NCBI RefSeq assembly: GCF_009914755.1
Contig: NC_060937.1
Origin: the human T2T-CHM13v2.0 reference genome, Homo sapiens
Length of the DNA stretch: 64,000 nt
Strand: one strand, 5' to 3'
Positions within the stretch are counted from its first letter, which is position 1; every line of letters begins with the position of its first letter. Under the pieces are notes generated by a model. That model was not told the DNA's origin. It saw only the letters and a program-made list of their open reading frames with translations, and searched no databases. Below are positions 45,344-59,579 of the stretch, piece by piece. A program made the translations under genes and the position numbers.

Positions 45344-47049
45344 TACTAAACCATGAAATTTCTGTTTTAGGACTGCATACTTCAGCAGCACAAAATATTG
45401 AAATAACAGGGTTTTCCTAATCTGAGCTCAAATGCTTTGATAGGACTGTCTTCTTCAAATATGAATGTTGCCAATGCTACATCTCACATCTTGTCATCCC
45501 CACACCATCATTCAAAGCAGGAGTAGCTACAGTCACTTTGCTTCTGTAGTTTTTTTTTAAAAAAACATTTTTATTTCTGATACAGATAAATAAGATATCT
45601 CAGGCAGATGAGTGAAGATCATTCTCAGTGGATAGAATAAGTCACCAGAGTCCATACTTAGAGGCAAAGATCCTGGGAGAGTGTTGTGGAAGCAGCCCCA
45701 CTTGTGCTACATCCATGTAGGCAATTAAGGGAAGAAGAAGGCTAAAGAGGCCTGGATGACAGGCATTTGGACTTTTGTGAGTAATGGAGAACCAACGATG
45801 ATTTTTTAGTAGGTTTTTTTTTCATCTTTTTGAATTTGCTGTAGGGAGAAATCTCATGAGTAGGATGAAGTTGACAAGCGTGGCCAAGAGGGAAAAGGGA
45901 GAAAGAAAAATCCATAGGAAGATGATTGCTGGAGTTTCTTTGTATGCATTAAATGTGAATAATAAATACAGAATTCAAGCAGTTTCTTTTAACATCTTGG
46001 TTATTTGCTGACCATCCTTAAAGGACTGGAAAACTTTTTAACTTACTGTTTCAGTGAATTGAGGAGTATCATGTGGGTTGAAAAAGTGATAGCTATTATT
46101 CTTACTGGGTAACTCTCAAAAAAGGTAATAAGAAATTTAGGAGTTAGAAAGACCTTATTAACTAATATATCATAATAAAAATACTTTGGTAATTTCTACA
46201 GAGTCTAAATTTGTTTGCAATGGAACCAAAAGGCATATTCACAGGGGTTTATGCAGGAGTGACAGAAGTGGCTATCAAGGCCCCTCAAGGCCGCCTCAGC
46301 CAATATAAAGATTAAAATTCACTTTCCATTAGAACCATCTCCCACCAAATATCACAACCCTGAGGCTTCTGAATGGTGAAACTGGCTTCCAAAGAAGTGC
46401 AGTTCATGCAATTCAATATGTCACCTCCTCAGTCTGGACGTCAGACTCCAAATCTGTTGTGTGTGTGGGGTCAGCATTTTGGTAGAGGGAGAAGGGAATG
46501 GGTCTTCAGAAGGCTTTCACTTTCTCCCTCACACTACTTTTCTGTATTGTTTTCATTTTTTTCATAGACATCACTTGACTTATAATAAACAAATAGCAAA
46601 ACAAATAAAAGAAGTCACCTCAGGTTGCAGAGTTAACCTTATTGTTTAACAGTAACCCAACCGGGGGGTCTAAAATTGAGAGACTAAAAAGATAAGAGCT
46701 GTGTTATACCTCTGCTTTTACGCTGCTCAACTACTTGTAAGTGGAGGAAAGAGGAGTAGGAGCTAAGGGAAACTGTACCTAACATGGCTTCTCAAGCTTC
46801 TGTCTTTGTTCTTTGGTCTGTTGCATCTCTCTCAAAAGACCAGCTGCTTAGATGAATCAACATAAACAGTTTCACACAATTAGCAGGAGATCTGACTTAC
46901 AGCCACCTTGTACCAAATTCTGCTTCAGCATCAAAGCGTGTTGGTGTAGTTCTGGCCTACGTAGCAAGCCCTAGAAAACAAGAGGAAAGGGAAAGAGATA
47001 TATTTACTAATGTGAAGGAAGGTACATTTACTAAGAACAAATATTTTCT

Positions 47050-47230
47050 CTAGCCCTGTGATAGGTGCTTCCCTTGTGTTAACTAAGTAATACTCATCAA
47101 CAGCCATTATGTAGGTAAAGAAACTCAAATTCAGAGAGGTTGGATAATTTATCAAAAATCACACAGTAATTGAAGTCATTTTTTTTAGCATCCTTCTCTT
47201 TGTGTCCAAAATCCATACTTTTCCCCATAC
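47050..47230 (-). mobile_element. MIR SINE
   Basis: aaagaaactcaaattcagagaggttggataatttatcaaaaatcacacag. Confidence 0.65.
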
Positions 47231-49739
47231 AACATGCTACTCACTGGTTAAAGTACAATTCCTTATGATTTATCTGAAGTGACTGAGCGTGTATATCCCA
47301 GAAAAGACAGAGCCAGGAGCTGGGCACTGTATCAGCACCTCCCTTTTCTGCCCGTGTTCAACTTGGCAAAATTATTCCTGGAGGCTGGGTTTCAGAATGA
47401 TAAAGCAGTCACCAAGGAGGGGTTTTATTTATTCATTTTTAATGAATTGGTGCAATTACTCAGGCTGAGCCATAAGTAAACATCTTGCCAGAGACACACA
47501 GGGAGGGAAGACTGATGACAATAAATTCCTAGTTCCTTTAAAATTGTTTGATGTAATTCTGGTTGGCAGCCCGGGGAGGATGCCGTTTTCCTGCAGAGTT
47601 TTTATTATGATTGCTGTGAGTTGTTTGCCCTCCTCTCTGACTTTGCATGCTCACTGCTCTCTAGGTTCAGAAATAACTCCATTGCTGACTTTAAAGTGAA
47701 GAAAGTAATGACTGGAAAGATGCTGTATGAATTAAAATAACTAGATATGTTCTTTCAGCAAAACTGGAGCATTGAGTTGGTCATATGCAACTGGAAGAGG
47801 GGCAAATCCATGCAGTGGGTGGAGCCCCATCCAGATCTTAGGAGAAACAAGAATGTGCCTCCCTCCTCATGATTTCCTTTCCACTCCCAGCCCACACTCC
47901 ACGTTTCCTGCATGACTGACTCCACCTTGGTTCCAATGGCCTGGTCTCCACTGCCAGGGCCCAAAGGTTTGTGCCAATTACTGTACCTTGAGAGTTGAGA
48001 TGAAAGTGCTTTTCTCCTGAATTACTTGGAAAATTGCCTCTATTTCCTTTTGCATTTTTTACTAGACTAGGCCTAGCCTTTAGCTGAGAGGGTCTAGCCC
48101 AAGTAGCCCATTACTGAATGCCTCCTGCAGGGCCATTGCTAAAACGCCATTGTGAGGTCACTGCAGCCTATTTTAGCTGCCAGAATATTGCTTTGGACTT
48201 TGATAGCTTCTTCCCTCTGAACAGCCCAAGCTACTTGTCAAATTTCAAAAGGATTCGATATGCAAAAGGGAAAATGGAGAGTACCATGCGATAATTAGGT
48301 GTTCCCATATTTGTCAACTTGGATAAGCATAGTCCAGAAGTTCAGGTGTGTTTTTAATGTTGTACAATTTATGAAGAGAGGGTCCCTCTTAAATGAGAGG
48401 GTCCTCATAAGGAGAGCTCACTAAGCTTTCAGGTAAGACTCTACTGAAGCTATTGAAATTGACCTGATTGTTATATATGCAAATTTCTGAAGATTAAACA
48501 CAGGGACAATGTACATTGAGTGCCTATGTACTGTTTTTCCCTTCTCTCATCCAGTTCTCAAAATAACCCCACAGTCAAGCATTTAGCCCTCCTTTTTATA
48601 GATGCCTGTCTCTAGACCATAATCTCTATTGGAGCCTAGAGGGTGCAATTTACTCACTGCTGTATTGATGGGAGCAAACATAGGTCTTGCTTATCATAGG
48701 AACCTCATGAATATTTGTTGAATTAACTCTGGCCTTCAGTTGGATGTTTAACTGTTGAACTGAACAATCTGAAGACACTGAAGATCAGAAAAATGAAGTG
48801 ACATGCTCAGGTCTCAAAGTTATTAAATGGTGGGTTAGAATTCAGGCCAATCCCAGCCCCCTTCTATTGAGACCAGAACAGTGAAGAGCATTTCCTGTAG
48901 ATCATGTCTCCTGTTTCCCTCAGCACCTCTGCGAGTGGACACCATTACTGACAGGTTTCCAAGCCTGTGTGCTTGTTCTGCTAGGGCACACTGTCTCCCA
49001 ACTCACAAGTCTGAGTCTTCCTGGTACTGACGCAGAACCCTTTCTCATGGCAGGCAGAAATGGCAACTCAGTGACACCCAAGTGGGGAGTGACTGATTTA
49101 TTTTTGGCAGGAGAGAGGCTGGCGTAGATCATTCATCCTCTGTGACTGAGAGATAGGTGGACCCTCACGTTCTCTCTTCTCTGCCTTTGGCAGACAAAAA
49201 GATGTGAGAGCCCTGACTACTTGGGGAGTTAGTTTGTGATGGGGTAGGGGCTTTTCTGGAATTAGCTAAAAAGTTTCTCTTGTGAAGGAAACAGTTTTCT
49301 TAAGTCCCAGTGAAACAAGAGCTGAGCTAGCTGTGCATTTGTCTGGGAATTTGATAAGAAGATGAGACACGCTAGCCAGGGGAAAGGCAACCAAGGGGGA
49401 AAAGCTGCAGGGATTTTGGCTCATGACAAAATTTGCTAAGGGACCCGAATGCCTAAAACAAGCAGATTCCAGAGCAAGAGAATTATCAAGAATGAGGAGA
49501 AATGTGGAAGAAGGAATAGTGGCTGCAATATAAATATTAGTCAGCCAAGTTTTCTAATACAATTCAGATCTTTCCATGACTTTCAATTTTAGGCCCTAAA
49601 TTATCCAAGTCAATACAGATAACACTGTAAATGTTTAACTCTTCTAATCAATCCCTTTTACCTAAAAATGTATAATTGAGGGAAGAAATAGAGCAAGTCT
49701 GTTACCCTTCTTCACTCCAACATTTTGTCTCTGATCATT

Positions 49740-50065
49740 GGGCCAGCAGTTAAAAGACTCATGTTTTAGTATTGAATATTCCTTTGTTTATGAGTTGAGT
49801 CACCTTGGAAAATCCTTTTGGTCTCTGAACGTCAGCTCTTGCACCTGAGACAGTAGTGTAGGCTGTTTCCCTAGATTTTTAACTTGCCTTGAAGCACTAA
49901 ATACCTAAATGACCTCAGACATGTTTCTTAGCTTCTCTGAGCCTCAGTTTCCCTGTCTCTAAAGGGAAAATGATACCAGTGGCTACCTCTCTGTGTCCCT
50001 GTAAGAATGCCATGCCCCTCACGACACATACAGGCGTGTGCAGCAGGGCATGGCACAATAAATGT
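49740..50065 (+). mobile_element. two MIR fragments
   Basis: gtcaccttggaaaatcc...tctctgaac; cttctctgagcctcagtttccctgtctctaaa. Confidence 0.65.
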
Positions 50066-50344
50066 GTTCTATGGACACAACTGCGGGGCATGGTGGGGGG
50101 ATTGTTCTATTCCACAGTTGTTGCCACTATCTGTTTAAAGGATGCCCTTTGAAAACTTCACATGCATATACAAGTGTGCATCTGTGCCTAGGTAAATGAG
50201 CACCACTCCTGTCATTATCCTGTGATTTCACATTTCTAATCTACTTGCTCATTTTTCTCAAATTGCTTGATGATGCTATTTCTCCCTAAAGAAATAAGAC
50301 CCCAATGTTAGGATCTCTGTGTAGAATTTCCTTTCTGTTCTTTA

Positions 50345-50590
50345 ATATCACTCAATAATATTTATGTCATTTTGCTGTTTTCAAAGCCCTTTCAAAGACA
50401 TCTCAATCACTCCACACTGCAATCCTGAATGGTGCATGTTGCTGTAATTCTTCCTTCACAGATGAGAGAACTAGGGCTCAAGGAGATAATTTATTTAGCA
50501 TCCCTGGGAGGCGGCAGGAAGTGTGTAAGAGGAGGCATATCTGTGTTATGAACCTAGATTTTTCAATTCCAAGGTATGTGTTCTCCCCTC
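50345..50590 (-). mobile_element. MIR SINE
   Basis: ttcacagatgagagaactagggctcaagga; tgaacctagatttt. Confidence 0.6.
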
Positions 50591-52167
50591 CTTTAAAAGG
50601 CTGTCTCCTGTAAGTGCTTCCCGGTCCTCTGTGCCATCAATCTGGACTGTGCAAGGGGCTGGGCTGCTCTAGGGCAGTTTCCTTAGCAAGGCAGGAGTTT
50701 AGAAACACCATCTGAGTAATATGGGGACCTCACTGCATTCCCCACTCCTCACTGCCTCTATTTTCCCTAGCTCTGTGCAGATTCACAGGGCTCACACGCC
50801 ACGCTGCCCTGAGTATGGCCACGTGGGACTGCACAGTGAATGCCATGATTGGAGTAGCAGCTCAAGGTAGCTATTTTTAAAGTTCCTGCTTTGTGAATTA
50901 TTGCAATCATTGCACCGCCATCTATGCTGTGTGGGGTTGCCCTCAGAGGGCAGAAGACCAGCAGCTAATCAGCTGTCCCTTGCTCCTCGGAAAGATTTCA
51001 GAATCGTGCCATAGCAGCTAAAGAGGAATCCGCACACCAAAGGGTCGGCCTCTCTCTTGGTTTCTAACTTTGTATTCCCATCCAGGCGCGCTCCACTCCA
51101 CCGAGGCGAGGGGTCACAGTACTCTCCACAGTCTCTCAAATCACTCCACAGTAATACTCTTTATAGAGCCTATTATTGTCAGTAGAAAACAATTTTGAGG
51201 CCTGTATGTGATTAAGGCAGATGGCCAGCTGGAGGCATTTGAAGAAAATATCTTTTTACACTTCCTTTTATTGAATTTGGAGAATTCATGGTTTAATGCA
51301 GAGTTTTGCACTGCATTTCAATACAGCAAAACTTGGAAGAAAATCTCTTTTAAATCTACAGATGGATCTTGGTAACGCTTTGATTAAATAGTTGTTAGAC
51401 ATAAACCATTTCCCTGCACTCATCACAGGCCCTTCTCTAACCACGGTAATTCTCAATTTTGATCTCATTATTTTATGAAGGAAGACAGAAAAAATGTGAA
51501 ATACAATTTAATGAGTTCTTCACTCATCCAGTGTGTCACAAGAGAGAACTAGAGGACAAAAAAGAAAAAAATTAAAATGGCGTACCGTCAAGCTTTCTAG
51601 GCGTGAGATTTTTTTTGTATCTAAAATCACTGGTTATACAATTAATAAAGTGGTTTCTGATAAAAATGTAGTCAACCCTCAACAGTTTCTTCTCTTTATC
51701 CCTAAAGCACTCATGCATGCTGTGTATATGGCGATGAATCAGAAACTTCCCAGTGATGCATTGCTTCTCCTCTTCTGTAACGAGAGGAGATTTAATAGTG
51801 TACTTTTAGATCACTTTTATCATGTCTGTCAATATAATGAGTCTCCCTTTTTTCTGGAAACTTAACTATACACGTCCGAAGGACAGAGATCATGGGTTAA
51901 GTTTCTTCTGTAGTCTCCATGCTTTGAATGTAGCAGGAACGGATCTCACGTTTGGGAGGCAGGAGACTGGCAGAGGCTTCAAGTGCCCAAATGCTATAAC
52001 CTACAAAATACGTGCCTCATATTCAAAGACAACTTTTTGGTCCTTTAACCTGTGGGATGAGTATTACAAAAAATGGGAAGTGAGAAAAAAAATCTATAGA
52101 GAAAGAGGGTCTATTTTTTCTATGGGGTACCCAGCAGCTGTTGGTCTAGATAATATTTCATCCCATC

Positions 52168-52889
52168 TGTAGCCGAGACTGCTAGCTACATCTGCTTCTG
52201 CTGCCAGCTTCTCCTTGGCACTCAGCTAGAACTTATTTCCCGGTTTCTTTTACAGTTTGGTATGGCCACGTGACTGAATTATAGCTAATGGAATGTGCGC
52301 AGAAGTCACGTTTGTCGTATCTAGGCCTGGCATAAACATCTTCCACCCATGTTCTTCCATACTGTTTTCCCGTTTTGGCTGGCTGTGGAAGACAGGCAGC
52401 AGAGAAGGCAGGGTCATGACCAGCTTGATGCCGCGAAGGGAGCAGACAGCCCTCGCTGAGCTGAGCCGCCCAGGAGTATTCTGACTCATCACATAAATGA
52501 GAAGTTTCAGCCGGTCGCTGTGGCTCACGCCTGTAATCCCAGCACTTTGGGAGGCCGAGGCTGGTGGATCACCTGAGGTCAGGAGTTTGAGACCAGCCTG
52601 GCCAACATGATAAAACCCCGTCTGTACTAAAAATACAGAAAAATTAGCCGGGTGTGGTGGCGGGCACCTGTAATCCCAGCTACTCGGAAGGCTGAGGCAG
52701 GAGTATCGCTTGAACCCAGGAGGCGGGAGGTTGCAGTGAGCCGAGATCACCCCACGGCACTCCAGCCTGGGCGAAAGAGCAAAACTCAGTTTCAAAAAAA
52801 AAAAGAGCAAGAGAGAAGTTTCTATTATGTTGCATCATTACATGTGTGGTGTATTTGTTACTGCAGCCTGACATCTTCTAATTACTACA
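52168..52889 (+). mobile_element. old MaLR solo LTR (MLT1H/I/J-like), interrupted by an Alu
   Basis: TG...CA ends; tggccacgtgactgaattatagctaatggaatgtgcgcagaagt; tatttgttactgcagc; flanks CCATC/CCATG. Confidence 0.75.
52509..52812 (+). mobile_element. Alu (AluSq-like)
   Basis: dimeric Alu with A tail; TSD gagaagtttc at 52499-52508 and 52813-52822. Confidence 0.96.
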
Positions 52890-54039
52890 CCATGCACCTA
52901 TTGGATCAGCATAAATCCAACTTGTAGCTGAAAACAAAGAGATCATTGGACTAGGACTCTCAGTAACATTGGAAGGCACATATCCACAGAGACAGAACAG
53001 ACAATGCTGACATAATTTTAAAGGCCCTTCCTTTGCCATAGCATTTCTCAAAATGCCATTCCACAAAACTCCAGATCAGAAGCTGAGCGGACCATAGAAT
53101 CTGCAGAAGCTTCAGTGCCAAATTAATGATAACGGATGGAAGAGCAACACTCTAGACTTCGGCAAGAAAAGTAATATGGGGCCCAGATGAATATGTGAGC
53201 TGTCTGTGATTCTTCTAGGGAATAGGAAGGGGACTTGAGAGTCTGCAGTGCCAATGATATCCCTGTGTGTATATGTGTCGGTGTGACAGTGTATGTAGGT
53301 GGGCACTCAAAACCGTAGACCTTTTTCCTTACCTTTTCTTACCACTACCTTTGTTACTAGCCCTGTTTCGTGGCTGTCCCCAAGTAGATATGCCTGAGGG
53401 ATGCAAGGGTTGCATATTAATTACATCCTGTAAAAGCAGAAGATAGATCTCAAGAGAGTATGTATAATTTTTTTTTTTTTGGTTTTGGAAGATGTGAACT
53501 TCATATCAACCAAGAGTTATGTAGCTGATATGCTTCCGTTTTACAAAAATGTCTGAAGTTTTCTGCTTTCTAACTTTGTGCTTTTAACCTAGAGAAAATT
53601 ATAGTTTCCATCTAAGGCAAAAAACAATGATTCATTGTCCTGCTTAGGTTTATTTGGCTAGTTACGAGATCTGGAAGCAATTTGAGATGTTCATTTTTAT
53701 CACTGTACATAAAAATCTGATTAACAAGTACTCTTCAGTGATCTTATTGTCTTTCAGAAGCATCTCTGCTTTCTTACATTTTAAATTGCACTTTAATTTT
53801 TAAAGGAATCTGCCTTTCTTGGGGACTCTTTAAAGATGTTTGCTGGTCTATTTATTGATGGAAAGTTCACAGGACATAATTTTTTCTTCTTATTCTGATT
53901 GTCTAAAGAAATAAGTGATACCTTTTTTATGTGCCTGACTATGTTAATCCTAAAATTGATGGCCTAATTCAAAAGTTACAAACGAGGCCCAGGGGGTGGT
54001 TTTTCTTTTTCTTTTCTTTTTTCATTTGGGTCAAATCTT

Positions 54040-54260
54040 AGAAATTAATTAAATATCTGGTAGATCTGGCAACACTGTAGTCATATTTCCGCCAGCAGTC
54101 ATTGCCTGGACCTGAGTGGAGGCTGCTCTCTTTAGATAGATCATGGGCTTCTCTGCCAGAGTGTCTAGCACTTGTCCACTGTACACAGACCTATTGAAGT
54201 GGCTTCACTTATGTATATTTGCCTGGTTCCTGTACACATTTGAGCTTGCATCCATGGGGT
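54040..54260 (-). mobile_element. MER102 hAT-Charlie relic
   Basis: atctggcaacact...gcttcacttatgtatatttgcctggttcctgtacacatttgagcttgc. Confidence 0.7.
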
Positions 54261-54409
54261 TTACCTGTTAAACTGTGAATCTGTGTTTGTGTTTATAAGT
54301 GCATACAGTTGAGAAATCAATTAGGATAAATTTGTATATCTGAAGATTTTAATCCATTAGCCATATATTTTAGGTAGTTCAGCACCACAAAATAAAACTC
54401 TATGCCATT

Positions 54410-55094
54410 CTAATTTATAAAAGTGCATGTAAAAATTCAAAATAAAATATTAACAATGTATTAAAAGACCAAGAAGTGTTTAGTCAATTCAAGAAACATT
54501 AACATGAGAAATGTATCATTGTAATTCATTACATTAACCGATCTAAAGAGCACAAAAAATCATTCAATAGTTGCTAAAGAGGAATGCCTAGCCATGATTT
54601 CCAATGACAAAAAAACAAACTTTTTCCAAAGTAGCATAGAGGAATATTTATTTAATATTATAAAAGTGTCTACCAGAAATCCAGAACTGATATCGAAATT
54701 CATGGTGAAAAGCTAGGTGTGCTCCCTTTAGTTTATAAAATAAGAAAAGAAAGCCTATTATCATCAACAACTTTCAATGTTATATGGGAAATTCTAGCTA
54801 GTGCAGTAAGATGAGAAAATGAATAAATATGTATAAATATTGGCAAGAATAAAAGAAAATGAATTGAATAAGATGATTATGTTTAGCAAGGTGGCCAGAT
54901 ACCAGATTAACTTAAAACATCACGAGTGTTAACATCACTAGTTTCTATAGTGACAATAATTAATTACATGATAAATAAAAACATCTCGTTCCCACTAGTA
55001 ATAAAAGTTTTAAAACTTTAAAAATAGATTTAAAAAATATGGAAATATTTTAAGGAAAAAACTTAGAAGTGCCTACCAACATTAGAGGTATACA

Positions 55095-55095
<1 letters not shown>
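54410..55095 (+). mobile_element. ancient L1M ORF2 (RT region) relic
   Basis: gtaattcattacattaac, cattcaatagttgc, gaaattctagctagtgcagtaagatgagaaaa, tttagcaaggtggccagatac; resumes at about 56060-56470. Confidence 0.7.
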
Positions 55096-56055
<960 letters not shown>

Positions 56056-56501
56056 TAAAATATTGTACCTCTTCACCAAGATTAAATAAAAAATGTCTAG
56101 ACTCTCTAAAATAACCCATAAATTCAATGCATTTCAAATCCAAATTCCAATAGATTCTTCATGGAATTTGTCAAGCTGATTCTAAATACCATTGGGAAGA
56201 CTAAATATGTAAACATAATCAAGAAAATTTTGAAAAAGGGAAAGGACTTGTCATAAGGTATCAACATATTAAAACGGTAATAGTATTCTATTAGTGTTAA
56301 GTGGAGAGGTTGATAAATAAATTGGTGAACGTAATAGTCCAAAACCAGACCAATGCATGATTATAAATTTGATATTTGTTGGTGGTATTTTAAATTAAGA
56401 GAATGAACAACTCCATAATTTTCTTAAAGAAAATGAAAATTGGTCATAGCAAAAATATGGTTGTGATATATAAAAAAAATCACAGAGCTTCTAACACTTG
56501 A

Positions 56502-56844
<343 letters not shown>

Positions 56845-57063
56845 AAGAGTGTTTTTTTTTGGTATGGTTAATTAGATTACTCATGATGGAGGTCTTACCC
56901 TCAGATTAGGGATTTTTCCCTTTTGTATATCCTTACATACTATTTTAATTTTTTTCTCTTTATCATATGCAGCTATGACCTTAAGATTAAATAAACTAAA
57001 GAAAAAATAAGGCTTTCTTGTTATTGGCATATCACAGTGAGAAAACTGAAGTTCTAAGTGGCT

Positions 57064-57640
57064 CACCAGAAAAACGAGCCATGTGATTAGAGGGTTAGAA
57101 CTTTCAGCCCCACACTCAACTTCTGGGAAGAGGAGAAGGGCTAGAGATTGAGTTTAATCACCAATGGCCAATGATTTAATCATAATGCCGGCATAATGAA
57201 GCTCCATAGAAACTCTTAAACAATGACATCTGGGGAACTTCCAAATTGGTGAATACATTCAGGTGCTTTCCTGGAGAGGGTATGGGAGCTCCACACCTCA
57301 CCCCATACCTTGTCCTATCCATCTGTTCCATTGGCTGTTTCTGAGTTGTATCTTTTAAAATAAAATTATAAGTGTAAGTATAGTGTTATTCTAAGTCATT
57401 CTAGTGAGTTATCTAACCCAAGAGGGGGTCCCGGAAACACCTAAATATGTAGCTGGCTGCTCAGAAGTGTGAATAGTCTAGGGTTCCCATTTGCAGCTAG
57501 CATCTGGAGTGGGGCAGTCTGTGAGACTGATGCCTTAACCTTTAGGATCATTTCTATCTCTGTGCAGTGAATGTCAGAATTAAATTGAATTATGGGATAG
57601 CCGTTTGGTGTTGGAGAATTGGTTGTTGTTGAAAAGACAT
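57064..57640 (+). mobile_element. MER21-type LTR (partial)
   Basis: ccatgtgattagagggttagaactttcagcccc; gagattgagtttaatcaccaatggccaatgatttaatc; gtcagaattaaattgaatt. Confidence 0.8.
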
Positions 57641-58623
57641 AAAAATCATTATCAAAAATAATGAAGAGTCTTCTAGAGGAAAAAATGTTAAATTGGGAAG
57701 TGTGAAAAATTGTGTGAAATTAATATTGGCATGCAAAAATTTAAAAATTAGTAGTCAAAGTAGTTACCATCAAAAAAGCTACATCAGAATGTCACAACCA
57801 AAATATTATCTACCCATATTTTCAGTCATTACACAGTTTTCATCAAGTGTCATTGGTGTGCACAGAGCGTAGCATTATTCTAATTTTTGAGAGACACACT
57901 CTCAGAAACTGATTTCTTTGGTGAAAGAAACACCCTCCCACGTAAAAGATGATTGATATCTACTTTAAAAAATGTCAGGACTCCTTAGCATATAAGAGCT
58001 GAAGAGAGTAAAATATAAAGAAGAAACTGAATCATTAGAACTAGTATAATTTAATTTTTAATTTAAATCCTATAATGTTCTGCAAATGTCTGGAATAAAA
58101 AGAAAGGACATATGCATATGCATGTATCCTTGTATGCACATACGTATACAAATATACACAGCAAGGCATCACTCTGGAAGGACTCATAAGAGACTGGATT
58201 AGGGAGGGAGTGAACGGTGGAAGTAGAATTCGGACGAGTAAAAGAGACATGTTTCCCCCTTTTGTATCTCCTTATGTGCTATTTGAATATTTTTCACTTT
58301 ATCATACGCAGGTGTTACTTAAGATTATATAAAATAAAGATAAAGCCCTATCATTACTGGTATTTCGCAAATGAGGAAACAAGTTCCAAGTAGTTTAGTA
58401 CTTATTTATGAAAGCAAGTGAAATAAATCTTCTTTCAGAGCTCCTTCTAGACTTAGCTTTCAGGCATCTAAATCATAAATCACTATTATTAAAGATCTGT
58501 ATCAGCAGGGGAAAAACAAATTTTTAGATAATGAACAGTAACACCGAAAGCAGTTATCCATGAGATTCTGATGTCTTCACAGGACATTAGGAGAGCTTAG
58601 CACTCATAAGGACATTCTCATAT

Positions 58624-59579
58624 TCATAGGTACAGGGGGCAGAGAAATTCTAGGGAGAAAAGGGCGGGTCTCTGACAAAACTCAGCTCTCAATCTGAAAA
58701 GCCTGAAACCCATGGCCCAAAGTGACAACTTCTCTCCCCGTTTTCCCACTCGAATGTTGCCTTTTCCTAAACTACCCATGGCCCACCCCACCCCCCATCC
58801 TGTGCCCATAAAGACCCCAGAACCAGCTGGCAGAGGGGAGAAGCAGCTGTACATCAGGGACTATGGTTGGACATTGGAGAGAAGCGGGCTTGACTTCAGA
58901 GGGACAGCTTGATGGCATAACTTCGGAGAAGAATCAGCCGAATATGGCCGGACTTCAGAGGAAGATTACTTACACACCTCATCCTCTTTTCAGCTCCCCT
59001 CCCCGTTAAGGGCCACTTTCACTGGCAATAAAATCCCCTGCATTCACCAGCTTCAATTTGATCATGTGACCTCGTTTTTCCCTGATGCTGGACAAAAGCT
59101 TGGGAGCCACGAGTGCAGAGGGCTGTCACACTGGCCCTTTGCCTTCACTGGCAGAGGTCAGCCGCCTCATGTGAAAAGGCAAAGAGCCCAATGAGCTGTT
59201 AACACTTAAGCTGCCTGCGGGCAGCAGAGCTAAAAGAGCACTGTAACATGCCCTCTGGGACTTTGTGAATTGCAGGCACCCTGCCTGGACACTGCTGCAG
59301 TGCATGCATGAAGTTTGCTCCTGTCAGTGTCCAAAAGAGGTTGCTCCAGCTTCTGCGCCTGCTTACCTAAGTGTTCTCTCCTGTGAGGGGTGGAATGTAG
59401 TGGGTCTGAGTCAGTGGAGTTTGATCCCGCCGGCGCTGAAATGGCCAGCGTTCATGCACTCCAGTTCCCACCTTGTTTGCTTACATACTCCCTCCCACAT
59501 GGATTGAGGGCAGCAGCTGAGTAAATGAAGCACCCCTGTCGTGAGTCCCGGGAAGGGGTCAGGAAAATATCCTTCTTCA
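58624..59579 (+). mobile_element. ERV1 solo LTR (LTR1/LTR27/LTR28 group)
   Basis: acagggggcagagaaattctagg...gaatgttgccttttcctaaa; TATA-like cataaag near 58807; AATAAA 59027-59032; ends ...cttca; 4-bp TSD ATAT at 58620-58623 and 59580-59583. Confidence 0.88.

Noticed and set aside
48374-48410. gagagggtcc direct repeat with short imperfect inverted arms; similar micro-duplications near 26797, 29610 and 41413
   Set aside because: Ordinary slippage-scale duplications with only two copies; no array or CRISPR-like spacer structure
51533-52172. Adjacent 110- and 116-aa plus-strand ORFs
   Set aside because: No homology I can recognise, a non-ATG start for the first, and AT-rich composition typical of chance ORFs
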